Source of the DNA: a virus
Lineage: Duplodnaviria; Heunggongvirae; Uroviricota; Caudoviricetes
Virus record (IMG/VR): IMGVR_UViG_2684622542_000005
Reading direction: 5' to 3' (one strand)
DNA: 44,309 nucleotides
This document shows, one piece after another, positions 18,742 to 29,514 of the stretch. Each line of letters starts with the position of its first letter. Position 1 is the stretch's first letter. Made by a program: the position numbers and the translations under genes. Below the pieces are notes generated by a model. The model worked only from the letters and a program-made list of their open reading frames with translations. It did no database searches and had not been told where the DNA came from.

Positions 18742-19875
18742 ATGAAGACAGAAAATCACCCAAAAGACGCAAATCGCCCCTCCGGTTTAGCCGTGCTTTC
18801 AGCTTCGCTGACTGCATCCGGCGACGGATGGTGTCAGTTACTGCCAGCCGGTCGGGTAAAGGCCCGTGACGGTCGCCCGGAAAAACCGACTGAAGGCTGG
18901 CTGATTAACGAATCCGCCTGTAACCGGATGAAAGCCGGGCTTTCCGCCCTGCATCAGCCGTTACTGATTGATTATGACCATCACTCCGTGAATGCGCAGA
19001 AAAACGGATTCAAGGCTATTGCTGCAGGATGGGTTAAGCCGGAAAACATCGAATGGCGTGAGGGTCAGGGGATTTTCATTAAACCTGAATGGACACCACA
19101 GGCACAAAAACATATTGATGACCGTGAATATGCCTATCTGTCTGCATATATGCATTATTTCGCTGACACCGGGGAACCCTACCTGTTGCGCATGGCTTCC
19201 CTGACGAATGATCCGGGTATTACGGGTATGAACCCTGTCGCGGCACTCAGTGCTGATGATCTCTATGTCGTTTCCCCTTCTCAGGAGCAATCCCCCATGA
19301 ATGAGCAATTACGCCAGTTGCTGACGGCGCTCGGTCTGACCGTGGCTGACGGTGACGAATTTACACCGGAACTGGGCACGGCGGCGCTGTCTGCCCTTAC
19401 CGGGATCAAAACCCGTGCGGATGCGCACGACACCCTGAAAACGCAGGTTGCCAGCCTGTCGGCAGAACTGGAAACCGCAAAAGGCACACCAACTGGCGGC
19501 ACTATTGATCTGACGAAATATGTGCCCGTTGAGACGTATAACGCCCTGCGTACCGAATATGCCGCGCTGTCGGCACAACACGGCAGCACCACGCTGGAGC
19601 AGTTGCTGGATAAGGCCGAGTCCGAAGGACGCATTTTCAAAAGCGAACGCGGATACATGGAAGGACTCGGACAACAGATTGGCGTCGCGGCACTTTCTGC
19701 ACAGCTTGACGCCCGCCAGCCGGTTGCGGCTCTGACCACTCTTCAGACCGACACCGTAACCGTGCCGGATAAAAAGACCGCCACCGCTGTGCTGTCGGCT
19801 GAAGATATCGCCGCCGCACGTCTGTTGGGTAAAACCGAAGCCGAGTTCCTGAAAATGAAAGAGGAAATGCAATAA
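18742..19875 (+). CDS. Head maturation protease / scaffold (Mu I-like)
   Basis: 377 aa upstream of and overlapping the major head gene start; Ala/Thr-rich C-terminal scaffold-like half. Confidence 0.75.
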   Translation: MKTENHPKDANRPSGLAVLSASLTASGDGWCQLLPAGRVKARDGRPEKPTEGWLINESACNRMKAGLSALHQPLLIDYDHHSVNAQKNGFKAIAAGWVKPENIEWREGQGIFIKPEWTPQAQKHIDDREYAYLSAYMHYFADTGEPYLLRMASLTNDPGITGMNPVAALSADDLYVVSPSQEQSPMNEQLRQLLTALGLTVADGDEFTPELGTAALSALTGIKTRADAHDTLKTQVASLSAELETAKGTPTGGTIDLTKYVPVETYNALRTEYAALSAQHGSTTLEQLLDKAESEGRIFKSERGYMEGLGQQIGVAALSAQLDARQPVAALTTLQTDTVTVPDKKTATAVLSAEDIAAARLLGKTEAEFLKMKEEMQ

Positions 19876-20822
19876 TGCCTACCCCGATTACACCGGCGAT
19901 GATCACCGCCCTGATGACGGGCTACCGTTCTGATTTTCAGGCCGGGATGTCCATGGCTCCGTCGCAGTACCAGAAAATTGCGATGACCGTGCCGTCCACC
20001 TCGAAATCCAACACCTACGGCTGGCTGGGGCAGTTCCCGCAGTTCCGTGAGTGGATCGGCTCCCGCGTCATCGAGAAGATGAAAGCCTATGGCTACGCCA
20101 TCGTGAACAAAACCTTTGAAGGCACCGTTGCCATTAGCCGCGATGACTTTGAAGACGACAATCTCGGCATCTACTCCCCGTTATTCCAGGAAATGGGTCG
20201 TGCCGCTGCGGCACAACCGGATGAACTGGTCTTTGCTGCACTGCGTGATGGTCTGAATGCGGCCTGCTATGACGGCCAGAACTTCTTTGATACCGAACAC
20301 CCTGTTTACCCCAAAGTGGATGGCTCCGGTGATGCACAGATGGTCAGCAATATGTTTGTGGCAAAAACCGGCTCTGTCGGTGCACAGGCGGATTACAGCG
20401 GCCCGGCCTGGTATCTGCTTGACTGCTCCCGCGCGGTAAAACCGCTGATTTATCAGGATCGCCGCAAAGCCGAACTGGTTGCCCAGACAAAAGTCGATGA
20501 AGGCCGTGCGTTTACTGATAACGAGTTTGTGTTCGGTGCTTCCGCCCGTCGCAATGTGGGCTACGGCTTCTGGCAGATGGCCTACATGATGCAGTCACCG
20601 CTGACGCTGGATGCGCTGTGGCACGGCTGGTCAGCCATGCGTGACTTTAAGGCTGACGGTGGCCGCAAACTCGGCATCAAACCCACCCATATTGTTGTCC
20701 CCACCTCGCTGGAAAAACAGGCGGTGCAGCTGCTGGAGCGCGAGCTGTTCGCAGACGGTAACGCCACAGTCTCTAACGAGATGAAGGGCAAGCTGGAGCT
20801 GGTTGTCGCGGATTATCTGTAA
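19875..20822 (+). CDS. Major head subunit (Mu T-like)
   Basis: 315 aa following protease/scaffold; a stem-loop (20830-20848) follows the stop. Confidence 0.85.
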   Translation: MPTPITPAMITALMTGYRSDFQAGMSMAPSQYQKIAMTVPSTSKSNTYGWLGQFPQFREWIGSRVIEKMKAYGYAIVNKTFEGTVAISRDDFEDDNLGIYSPLFQEMGRAAAAQPDELVFAALRDGLNAACYDGQNFFDTEHPVYPKVDGSGDAQMVSNMFVAKTGSVGAQADYSGPAWYLLDCSRAVKPLIYQDRRKAELVAQTKVDEGRAFTDNEFVFGASARRNVGYGFWQMAYMMQSPLTLDALWHGWSAMRDFKADGGRKLGIKPTHIVVPTSLEKQAVQLLERELFADGNATVSNEMKGKLELVVADYL

Positions 20823-20865
20823 ACGGTGAGCCGGGCTTACGGCCCGGCCCCTGCGGAGGGCAAAT

Positions 20866-21225
20866 ATGAATGAACATCACACTGTGGCAGCAACAGATGA
20901 TTCAGGCCTTCAGGTCAGTGGTGACAGTCCTGTCACGGTACTGGCAGAAGTGCGTTGCAGTCGTACGCATTTTCGTCGTGCGGGGTTCCTGTTCATGCGG
21001 GGACGCCAGCAGGTTGACGTCACCCCGGAGCAGCTTGCCCGACTGGAAGCGGAGCCATGCCTCACTGTACGAATACTACAGACGCCTGGTGATGATGCGG
21101 GAGCCGTGGCGGGTGTGGTTCATGCAGAGACCGGTGCAGATTTAGCCGAAGCCGAAACCGTACAGGATGCTCCCCGGAAAAAGACCGGCAATAACGCCAG
21201 ACAGGCGAAAAAGGCGCGCGCATGA
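20866..21225 (+). CDS. Hypothetical head-region protein
   Basis: 119-aa ORF between the major head and gp36-like genes. Confidence 0.5.
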   Translation: MNEHHTVAATDDSGLQVSGDSPVTVLAEVRCSRTHFRRAGFLFMRGRQQVDVTPEQLARLEAEPCLTVRILQTPGDDAGAVAGVVHAETGADLAEAETVQDAPRKKTGNNARQAKKARA

Positions 21226-21641
21226 ATTACGCCACCGAAACCGATATGCGGGCACGTTACCGCGAGGATTTGCTCAGGCCATTACTGGCCGTGCCCCGTT
21301 CGGATGAACCGGACACGCGCAAGCTGAACCGGGCACTGACGGACGCGTCTGCCCTTATCGACAGCTATCTGTCTTCCCGTTACACGCTGCCGCTGGCGGT
21401 GGTTCCGGCGGTCCTTGTTCAGCATTGCTGCACGATTGCCTTTTATTACCTGTGCGATCAGCGGGCATCCGATCAGGCGCGTGACCGTTACCGTGAGGCG
21501 CTGGCCTGGCTGAAAGATGTCATGAACGGTAACGTGCCGGTCGGCGTGGATACAGACGGTGCGGCCCCTGAATCCGGGGATTTACCGCAGGTGCAGTCTG
21601 ATGCGGCGGTGTTCGGGCGCAACCAGAAGGGCTTTATATGA
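21222..21641 (+). CDS. Head-tail joining protein (Mu gp36-like)
   Basis: 139 aa, N-terminus MNYATETDMRARYREDLL; start overlaps previous stop. Confidence 0.65.
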   Translation: MNYATETDMRARYREDLLRPLLAVPRSDEPDTRKLNRALTDASALIDSYLSSRYTLPLAVVPAVLVQHCCTIAFYYLCDQRASDQARDRYREALAWLKDVMNGNVPVGVDTDGAAPESGDLPQVQSDAAVFGRNQKGFI

Positions 21642-22201
21642 TTACGGAAACCGAGCAGGCGTACATCGCCCGTATCCGTGAGTATTTCGGGAATGAACTG
21701 GTGTCTGTTGACACACATCCCGGCGACTGGAGCGACAGCGTACTGCGCACCATGCTGATTAACGCCCCGGCTATCTATGTTGCCTGGCTGGGTGCCGGTG
21801 AAGGGCGTACCCGTGGGCGTCTGGTCAGTCACTGGGTGTTCTACGTCATCGGCGACATGCTCAATGGCCGTGAGGTCAGCCGTCCCGGGCTTTATCAGAT
21901 TGTGGCCCGCCTGATTACCGTGCTGGACGGCTTCAGAGCAGAAAAAACCTCACCGCTTTACTTTGAAAAGGCGGTCAACGGTTACACCGAAACGCAGGCA
22001 GGCAGCGGTGCCGTGATGTACGCCCTGTATTTCTCATGCGAGGAAATGATCGACCCGCTGACGGATATCAGCTCGCTGGATGATTTCCTGCGCCATTACG
22101 AAACCTTTACCGAACCGGAAGGCACGCCGGAATTTAAGGCACACATCCGTCTGCCTGGTGCAACTGCCGCCGGTGAAAACGCCGGACTGTCAGAGGAATA
22201 A
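21638..22201 (+). CDS. Mu gp37-like virion protein
   Basis: 187 aa, translationally coupled to the previous gene. Confidence 0.65.
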   Translation: MITETEQAYIARIREYFGNELVSVDTHPGDWSDSVLRTMLINAPAIYVAWLGAGEGRTRGRLVSHWVFYVIGDMLNGREVSRPGLYQIVARLITVLDGFRAEKTSPLYFEKAVNGYTETQAGSGAVMYALYFSCEEMIDPLTDISSLDDFLRHYETFTEPEGTPEFKAHIRLPGATAAGENAGLSEE

Positions 22202-22204
22202 CAG

Positions 22205-22483
22205 ATGACAACCATTTTTATTAAACCTGCGCCGGGATGCCTGATCCGCGATCCCGACACGATGACTCCGCTCTCTCAGGACGGGGAAGAGAAACCCTTC
22301 ACTCCGTTCTGGTGCCGCCGTCTTAATGATGGCGACGTCATTGTGGTGGATAAAACGGCGGAGCCTGCCCCGGCTGCCACAACTGCTAATACCGGCGCGG
22401 CGGCAAAACCAGCGGGAGCGGTAGCAGAAAAAACTGCGGCGGTGGCTGAAAAAACCGCAGCATCAGATAAGGGGACGTCCTGA
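22205..22483 (+). CDS. Mu gp38-like small protein
   Basis: 92 aa with Ala/Thr-rich tail, immediately upstream of the sheath gene. Confidence 0.55.
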   Translation: MTTIFIKPAPGCLIRDPDTMTPLSQDGEEKPFTPFWCRRLNDGDVIVVDKTAEPAPAATTANTGAAAKPAGAVAEKTAAVAEKTAASDKGTS

Positions 22484-23985
22484 TGATTAACTTTGATTAT
22501 ATCGGCGATAACAATCGCATTCCGCTGGTACAGATTGAAATCAATAATTCAATGGCCGTGACCGGCACTCCACCACAGCGTCAGGCGGTACTGTTGTTTG
22601 GTCAGGCTGCAATGAAAGACACTACCATTCAGGGGCGCGGTCAGCTTGATGTACCAGTACGTATTACCCGAGCTTCACAAGCAAGAGAACTCTGGGGGCG
22701 AGGTTCCATGATTGCACTGATGGTAGAGGAATTTATCGCCATTAACCCTGACACAGAGTTATATGCCATTGCACAGGGGGCTGGAACAGGTCAGTCCAGG
22801 GCATGCGTGATGAATATCATTGGAACAGCATTGGCAGACGGGGTGTTAAGTGTTTACATCGGCGGTCGCCGTTACCTCCTGCCCGTCAGTAAGGGGAAAA
22901 AAGGTAAAGAGCTTGTGGAAGAGCTGGCTAAGGTCATTAACGCTGACACTGATGCGCCATTCACTGCTATCGCAGCTGAAGTCAGTGGTGATAATGCTGA
23001 AGGACTTAAAGGCAGCATGGGGGTTAACGCCCGCTTTATCGGTGAATGCTCAGCTCATGATTTACGGGTGAACTATTATGACGGTGAAACTACACCGGCC
23101 GGTCTTACGCTGGAGCTCGTCGCGCCAACACAGAAGGCAACAAACCCCGATATCACCCGTAGCGTCTCAGGGATGGGGAATCGTCAGTACAACTACATCG
23201 TCATGCCCTATAAGGATGCGGCAAATCTCAAAATTCTGGCGGATGAACTGCTGAAACGCTGGGGACCGGTAAAAATGTCGGACGGTATGGTCTGGATGGC
23301 GCATACCGGCACCTTCGGTACGGCAACCAGTTTTGGTGAATCCCGTAATGACTTCCTGTTTACCTGCACTTCTATTCCTAAAGCACCAGAGCCGGATTAT
23401 GTCTGGGCTGCCTCCATTTGTGCGGTCTGTGCGCCCTCCCTGTCAACGGATCCGGCCCGACCATTACAGACACTGGCGCTGCCTGCCCGTATGGCACCTG
23501 AAGCACCGGATCGTCTGACGCGGGAAGAGCGAAACAGCCTGCTTTATACCGGCATGTCCACGGTGACCGTCGCGGCCGCGGATGTGGTGCAGATTGAACG
23601 TCAGGTGACGATGTACCGTCAGAATGCATACGGCGAAATCGATCCCAGCTATCTGGATGTGGAAACCATCTACACCCTGTCATATCTGCGTTATTCCCTG
23701 CGCACCTTTATCACGCAGCGTTTTCCGCGCCATAAACTGGCTGATGACGGGACGCCCGTTCGTGCCGGTCAGAATATCGTGACACCGGAGATCATGAAAC
23801 TTCAGTTAATTTCGCTGGGGGAAGAATGGGTGGATCTGGGACTGGTCGAAAATCTGGACACCTTTAAAAAGAATCTGCTCGTGGAGCGCAACACAAAAGA
23901 CCGTAACCGTCTGGATGTGATGTGTACACCGGATCTGGTTAACCAGTTCCGCTTCATGGCCGCGCAGATCCGTTTCATTTTGTGA
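22483..23985 (+). CDS. Tail sheath protein (Mu L-like)
   Basis: 500 aa followed by a small tube-like gene, as in contractile-tail modules. Confidence 0.85.
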   Translation: MINFDYIGDNNRIPLVQIEINNSMAVTGTPPQRQAVLLFGQAAMKDTTIQGRGQLDVPVRITRASQARELWGRGSMIALMVEEFIAINPDTELYAIAQGAGTGQSRACVMNIIGTALADGVLSVYIGGRRYLLPVSKGKKGKELVEELAKVINADTDAPFTAIAAEVSGDNAEGLKGSMGVNARFIGECSAHDLRVNYYDGETTPAGLTLELVAPTQKATNPDITRSVSGMGNRQYNYIVMPYKDAANLKILADELLKRWGPVKMSDGMVWMAHTGTFGTATSFGESRNDFLFTCTSIPKAPEPDYVWAASICAVCAPSLSTDPARPLQTLALPARMAPEAPDRLTREERNSLLYTGMSTVTVAAADVVQIERQVTMYRQNAYGEIDPSYLDVETIYTLSYLRYSLRTFITQRFPRHKLADDGTPVRAGQNIVTPEIMKLQLISLGEEWVDLGLVENLDTFKKNLLVERNTKDRNRLDVMCTPDLVNQFRFMAAQIRFIL

Positions 23986-23993
23986 GGTAAGGC

Positions 23994-24326
23994 ATGAGCG
24001 GAAAACAGTATCAGGGCACGGCCACCATCCGTGTGAACGGGCAGGAGTACGACACCCTTGAGGGGGCCACGTTCTCCCCGTCCGGCTTTGAGCGTGAAGT
24101 GGTGAAAGGCGCGAAAGTTTACGGCTATCGCGAGAAACCCCGTGAGGCGACGCTGGACTGTAAATTCCCGGCGGGCGGAGAAGGTTCACCGGCTGCCGAT
24201 GAAATCAACACCTGGACTGCGGTCACGATTGAGTTCGTGGCCGATACCGGTGAAGTCCACATGATGACGAAGGCCTGGAGCAGTGAACCGGCCTCGCTTG
24301 ACGGTGGTGGTGATATCTCCGCGAAG
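23994..24326 (+). CDS. Tail tube protein (Mu M-like), 3' end lost in N-run
   Basis: 111 aa visible before the N-run; size and position fit a tube protein. Confidence 0.75.
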
Positions 24327-24598
24327 NNNNNNNNNNNNNNNNNNNNNNNNNNNNNNNNNNNNNNNNNNNNNNNNNNNNNNNNNNNNNNNNNNNNNNNNNN
24401 NNNNNNNNNNNNNNNNNNNNNNNNNNNNNNNNNNNNNNNNNNNNNNNNNNNNNNNNNNNNNNNNNNNNNNNNNNNNNNNNNNNNNNNNNNNNNNNNNNNN
24501 NNNNNNNNNNNNNNNNNNNNNNNNNNNNNNNNNNNNNNNNNNNNNNNNNNNNNNNNNNNNNNNNNNNNNNNNNNNNNNNNNNNNNNNNNNNNNNNNNN

Positions 24599-24876
24599 AC
24601 AGCATTGATGCGGAGAGCGAGGCCGAGCGTCTTATGGAAACCCGAAACGGTCCGGTTCTTGTGGCCTCACCGGCACTGCGCGGCATTGCGCTGCTGCGCC
24701 GTCAGATTGCCGCTGTCGGCCAGATTGAGGGGCCATTGTCTCCGCGTCAGATAGGACAGCTCAGCGAGCGCGATCTCTCCCGACTGATGGCGGCAGTAAG
24801 CCTGCTTGATTCCGCGATGGCCGGAAAGCTGGTCGCTGAACGGGGGCGACCAGATGCAGTGCCGGGATCAGATTGA
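24599..24876 (+). CDS. Tail assembly chaperone-like protein, 5' end in N-run
   Basis: Open frame emerging from the N-run, directly upstream of the tape-measure gene. Confidence 0.5.
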
Positions 24877-25000
24877 AGAAGCCGCAATTGTGCTGGGGAT
24901 GGTGACAAAAAGCGGCCCGGAGTGGGCGCTTAACCTCCCCTTATCGCAGCTTTACCGGCACTGCCGACAGACCGAAAAAATTCTCAGAACGAAGCAGTAA
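24854..25000 (+). CDS. Small overlapping ORF upstream of tape measure (possible second chaperone or frameshift product)
   Basis: ATG 24854 (MQCRDQIEE...) overlaps the end of the previous gene in another frame. Confidence 0.35.
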   Translation: MQCRDQIEEAAIVLGMVTKSGPEWALNLPLSQLYRHCRQTEKILRTKQ

Positions 25001-25003
25001 CCC

Positions 25004-27061
25004 ATGGCAAAAAACCTGAAAGCCTCCCTGATTGTCGATTTACTCGGCAATATTTCTGCCAAATCCCGCCAGTGGTCACAGGAGCTGGGGGCATTCTCCC
25101 GTTCCGGCAGGACGGGGCTGGGTGGTCTTGGAAATGCAGCACGTCGTGCCGGTCAGGAGACAGAACTTGTCGGCTCCCGTATGCAGCGAACGCTTGCCGG
25201 TGTTCGTGGCAGTATCCGCACGGTGACGTCAGATTTTGACCGCCTTCAGGGCAGCATTACCGGCACCATCGGGCGGATAAGCAACCTTTACGGGATGCTG
25301 GCGGGAGGGGCTGCGGTCTACGGGTTTAATAAAGCCTTTATCCGCCCGGCCGCAGAGATGGAGAACTATATTCTGCGTCTCAACGCCATTAATCATGGCG
25401 ATACGGCAAAAACGGAAGCAGTGAAAGCCTGGGCGGTACAGAACGCCAAAGACACCACCTGGGGGCTGGCGGGGGTTATGCAGGAATACGCCTCCAGTCG
25501 CGGGTTCGGTATGAGTGACAGGGAAGCCCGTCGCTTTATTACCATGCTTCAGGATCAGGGCGGCTATCACGGCTGGTCACTGTCAGATGCACAGGGTGCG
25601 TCCCTGCAACTCAAACAGATGTTTGCCCGCCAGAGTATCCAGGCAGCGGACGCCAATATTCTGACCGGATACGGGATTAACGTTTACCAGTTGCTGGCCG
25701 ATAAGCTGGGTGTAAACCAGAAGATCATCCGTGAGAAAGGCGAGAAAGGAAAACTGGGACCGGACAGCATTCGCCTGTTATTTCAGGTGATGGCCGAACA
25801 GGCAAAAGGTGCCCAGAAAAACGCCATGAATTCCTGGACGGGAATGACGTCCATGATGGGCGATGTCTGGGACGGATTTGCCCGCGAGGTGATGGCAAAG
25901 GGACCGTTTGACAGCCTGAAAAAGAGCCTGAAAGGCTTTCTGGATTATGCTGATGCGGCACAGAAAAGCGGCTTACAGGATAAGCTGGCCACACAGACGG
26001 CCTCAGCCCTGAATCAGGGATTTGAGTATGCCAGAGACGCTGCGACCGGCTTTTACCGGGTCATTCAGAAAGTCAGGGAAACGCTTCAGGCACTGCGCGA
26101 CGCCGGTTATGGCGATGCGCTGGATCGCATTGGTCAGGGTGCGCAGACCGCCGCAAAGTACCTGATGTATATGTATCTCGCCTCCCGTGCGCTGAAGGTG
26201 CTCAGGTTTGCGGGGACGGGGGCATTACGTCTCGGCGCAACCCCCTTACGCTATGGCATGGCGATGACCTCCGTGCTGACGTCGCCCTTCCGCAAACCGC
26301 AGACCACTGTACCGGGAACGCAGCCCGGACGCGCTGGCCGGTTCCTGAATTTCCTTACCGGGGTAAATCCGGCTGCCGTTCAGCCCGTGCTGGTCACCAA
26401 TTGGCCTGCGGGTGGCCTGGCCTCAGGTGGCGGGGATGTGGTGGTCAGCGGTGACGGCAAAACCGTGCGCGGCCGTAAAAAACGCGGCCCCGGACGTGGA
26501 CGGGGTGTCACGACCGTCGTGACTGCCGGTGAGCAACTGGCGGAGAGTGCCGGTAAACAGGGCTTCTTCGGTCGTATGATGAGCCGTGCCGGTGGTCTGC
26601 TAACGGCGGCCGGAAACCGCATGGGGCTGGGGCGTTTTGCCGGGCTGTTCCGTGGTGCCGGTCGGCTGGGTGGTGGTGCCCTGTGGGCCGGTGCCATGGC
26701 GGCTCCTGTACTGCTGGACAGCAGCGCCAGTGCAGCCGATAAAGCCGGTGCCGTGGGTTCCCTTGCCGGAAGTATCGCCGGTGGCGCGCTGGGGGCGGCT
26801 GCCGGTCCGGTCGGGGTTGCCATTGGTTCCACGGTGGGCAGCTATCTCGGTGATTATCTGGGGGGCTGGCTGACGCAGGCCTGGCAGAAACTGCGTGGCG
26901 GCAGTGACGAAAACGGCGGACAGGCCACCGCGAAAACCGCCGCACGGGTGGAGCTTGTTGCCCCTGAAGGCTGGCGGGCGCGCAGTATTGATGTGGATGA
27001 TACCGCACAGCATGGCCTGGATGTGAACGTCTGGAACGGAGGGAACTATGGCCTCTACTGA
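25004..27061 (+). CDS. Tail tape measure protein
   Basis: 685 aa with a Gly/Ala-rich C-terminal third. Confidence 0.85.
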   Translation: MAKNLKASLIVDLLGNISAKSRQWSQELGAFSRSGRTGLGGLGNAARRAGQETELVGSRMQRTLAGVRGSIRTVTSDFDRLQGSITGTIGRISNLYGMLAGGAAVYGFNKAFIRPAAEMENYILRLNAINHGDTAKTEAVKAWAVQNAKDTTWGLAGVMQEYASSRGFGMSDREARRFITMLQDQGGYHGWSLSDAQGASLQLKQMFARQSIQAADANILTGYGINVYQLLADKLGVNQKIIREKGEKGKLGPDSIRLLFQVMAEQAKGAQKNAMNSWTGMTSMMGDVWDGFAREVMAKGPFDSLKKSLKGFLDYADAAQKSGLQDKLATQTASALNQGFEYARDAATGFYRVIQKVRETLQALRDAGYGDALDRIGQGAQTAAKYLMYMYLASRALKVLRFAGTGALRLGATPLRYGMAMTSVLTSPFRKPQTTVPGTQPGRAGRFLNFLTGVNPAAVQPVLVTNWPAGGLASGGGDVVVSGDGKTVRGRKKRGPGRGRGVTTVVTAGEQLAESAGKQGFFGRMMSRAGGLLTAAGNRMGLGRFAGLFRGAGRLGGGALWAGAMAAPVLLDSSASAADKAGAVGSLAGSIAGGALGAAAGPVGVAIGSTVGSYLGDYLGGWLTQAWQKLRGGSDENGGQATAKTAARVELVAPEGWRARSIDVDDTAQHGLDVNVWNGGNYGLY

Positions 27062-28406
27062 CACGCCGGGGCGTGGCTCCTTTCGTGGCGTACCGTTCCT
27101 GGTTTATCAGGAGCAGCGGGAACGGGGCGGACGTAACATTGTGCGCCGTGAATACCCACTGCGTGAAAGCGGCGGTGCGGATGATCTGGGGCCAAAACTC
27201 CCGGAGTTCACATTCACGGTTCTGGTGACCGGAGACGATCTTCAGACACAGCGAAGCCGCCTGCGTGATGCGCTGCGTGCACCCGGTGCCGGTGAACTGA
27301 TGCACCCGGATTACGGCACGTTAAACGTGCTGATAAACAGCTTTGAAAGCCGTTATAACGCCAGCGAGCAGGGAACGGTTGAGTTCACGATCAACGTGAT
27401 CCCCGCCAGTGACGATACCGCCCCTGCGGTGGCAGAAGATACGGCAGCTGCGCTGGAGCAGAAAAGCGGCTCAGCAATGAATCAGCTGTTTAACACGCTT
27501 TCAGACGGCTGGACGGTGATTTCAGACGGTCTGCATGATGTACAGGCCATGACCGACACCATCAGCGATAAGATTGATGCACTGGAGAATGCCGTTTCGG
27601 GGATGGGGATTGTGCAGGATATCAGTGCCTTTACGGCCAGTTTTACTGCCCTGAAAGGCAATGCCGCCGCCCTGATTAATGCGCCCCGTCGCATGGCTGA
27701 ATCGCTGGCCGGAATGTTTGCCGTGCTGACCGGGCTGCCCGGCGATCCTTCCCTGTCTCTGACCGGAAAAGCCGGAACGCCGTCCGGCAGCCTGACCACA
27801 AACCGTGACAGCATGGCAGAGCAGGCCATGCCGCAGCTGTACCGCACACTTTCCTCCCTGCGTTACACCCTCAGCGAACAGGATGATCCACAGCGCCTGA
27901 TTGGCCTGACGCCTGCGGCACAGAAAAATATCCGTCTGCTGCGGAGCGTGATGCAGAGTGCAACCCTGGTGTCGCAGGCACAGACGCTCGGAAAACTGCT
28001 GGATCAGGTCATCCGGCAGAATACGACGCACGTTCAGGATACTGACCGTTCGGGCGGACTGGCCTGGCTGGAAAGTTCTGCTGATGTGCAGCGTATCAAC
28101 CGGGATTTGAGCGATGCCATGGAACAACAGGTGCTGGATCTGTCCGCACAGGGCTATACCGGGACTGCCCTTGCATTACGTGATGCAGGGCTTGCGCTGA
28201 CAGAAGATTTAACCACACGGAGCGTGCATCTTCCCGGTGCTTTTCAGGTCATGGTTCGCACCACCGAACCGGCACTGGTCACGCTGTACCGTGCCACCGG
28301 CAACAGCAGTCGCTGGCAGTATTTTGTCCGCAGAAACAATATCCCCGATCCGGTTTTTGTTCCGGGTGGCCGCAGCGTGGAGGTGATCAGTGAGCAGCAG
28401 GATTGA
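27048..28406 (+). CDS. DNA circularisation protein (Mu N-like)
   Basis: 452 aa directly after the tape measure, before the baseplate hub. Confidence 0.8.
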   Translation: MASTDTPGRGSFRGVPFLVYQEQRERGGRNIVRREYPLRESGGADDLGPKLPEFTFTVLVTGDDLQTQRSRLRDALRAPGAGELMHPDYGTLNVLINSFESRYNASEQGTVEFTINVIPASDDTAPAVAEDTAAALEQKSGSAMNQLFNTLSDGWTVISDGLHDVQAMTDTISDKIDALENAVSGMGIVQDISAFTASFTALKGNAAALINAPRRMAESLAGMFAVLTGLPGDPSLSLTGKAGTPSGSLTTNRDSMAEQAMPQLYRTLSSLRYTLSEQDDPQRLIGLTPAAQKNIRLLRSVMQSATLVSQAQTLGKLLDQVIRQNTTHVQDTDRSGGLAWLESSADVQRINRDLSDAMEQQVLDLSAQGYTGTALALRDAGLALTEDLTTRSVHLPGAFQVMVRTTEPALVTLYRATGNSSRWQYFVRRNNIPDPVFVPGGRSVEVISEQQD

Positions 28407-29514
28407 ACTGTATATCGGTGGCAGTATTTTTTCCGGCTGGCTGACGGTCAGCGTCCGTCGCTCGCTGGAGCATCTGGCCGGGTCGTTTGAACTGGGGCTG
28501 ATGCTGCCCGGTGAGCGCATCCCCTCAGCCCTGCGAACCGGTCAGTCCCTGACGCTCAGAATTAACGGGCAGACGGTCATCAGTGGCTGGCTGGATCAGG
28601 TCAGTCAGCGGATCAGTGCAACCCGTCATCAGATCAGCATCAGCGGTCGGGATAAAACCGGCGACCTGGTGGACTGTGCCGCCATCCATCCCGGCAGCCA
28701 GTGGCGCAACCGGACGCTGGCACAGATTGCCGCAGATTTATGTGCGCCCTTCGGGATAGCCGTGCGCTGGCAGGTTAACGACGACACGGCTGCACGCCCC
28801 TTCAGCTCTTTTACGCTGGAAAACTCAGAAACCGTGGCGGATGCGCTGACCCGTGCTGCCCGGCATCGCGGGGTGCTGGTGACCAGTAATGCTGACGGCG
28901 ATCTGGTGTTCACCCAGGCAGGAAGCCAGCAGACGGACAGACTGGTGCTGGGAGATAACCTGCTTGATGCCGATTACAACACGGACTGGCGAGGACGATA
29001 CAGCGAATACCGTGTCCGGGGACACGGGCGCGGTGGTGGCAAACGGGGAGACAGCGAATCCGCCGCCCGTCTGGCAGCACCTGTGGGCGTCATCAGTGAT
29101 GAGCAGATCGGCCGCTACCGGTCGAAAATCATCCTCGCCGATCAACAGACAGACACCACCGGTGCACGGCAGCGTGCCCTGCGTGAAATGCGCCGTGCGA
29201 TTGCCCGTTCAGAACGGTTTTCTGCCACCGTGCGTGGCTGGTTCCGGGATGATGGCCGGTTATGGGATGTCAATCTGCTGACCGGTGTTTCAGCCCTGCG
29301 TTTCGGTATAGAACAGACTGAACTGCTGGTCTGTCAGGTGGAGTTTTTACTTGATGAACATAACGGGGAAGTCACCCGGCTGGTACTGGCACCGCGTGAC
29401 GGCTTTATCGTTCCGGCAGAGCCGGACAGTAAGGGCCGGGGTGGTTCCGGTGACGATGTTGATGCCTTTATTCGCCAGCAGATGAAAAAACAGGGGATCA
29501 GCTTTGATGAATGA
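28390..29514 (+). CDS. Baseplate hub / tail protein (Mu P, gp44-like)
   Basis: 374 aa with GTG start overlapping the upstream gene. Confidence 0.8.
   Translation: MSSRIELYIGGSIFSGWLTVSVRRSLEHLAGSFELGLMLPGERIPSALRTGQSLTLRINGQTVISGWLDQVSQRISATRHQISISGRDKTGDLVDCAAIHPGSQWRNRTLAQIAADLCAPFGIAVRWQVNDDTAARPFSSFTLENSETVADALTRAARHRGVLVTSNADGDLVFTQAGSQQTDRLVLGDNLLDADYNTDWRGRYSEYRVRGHGRGGGKRGDSESAARLAAPVGVISDEQIGRYRSKIILADQQTDTTGARQRALREMRRAIARSERFSATVRGWFRDDGRLWDVNLLTGVSALRFGIEQTELLVCQVEFLLDEHNGEVTRLVLAPRDGFIVPAEPDSKGRGGSGDDVDAFIRQQMKKQGISFDE

Noticed and set aside
26508-27305. Long antisense ORFs inside structural genes (for example 26508-27305, 19309-19872, 12470-13090, 15038-15637, 30680-31312, 3210-3767)
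   Set aside because: Arg/Ser/Pro-rich low-complexity translations on the opposite strand of well-supported genes; typical of GC-rich coding DNA.
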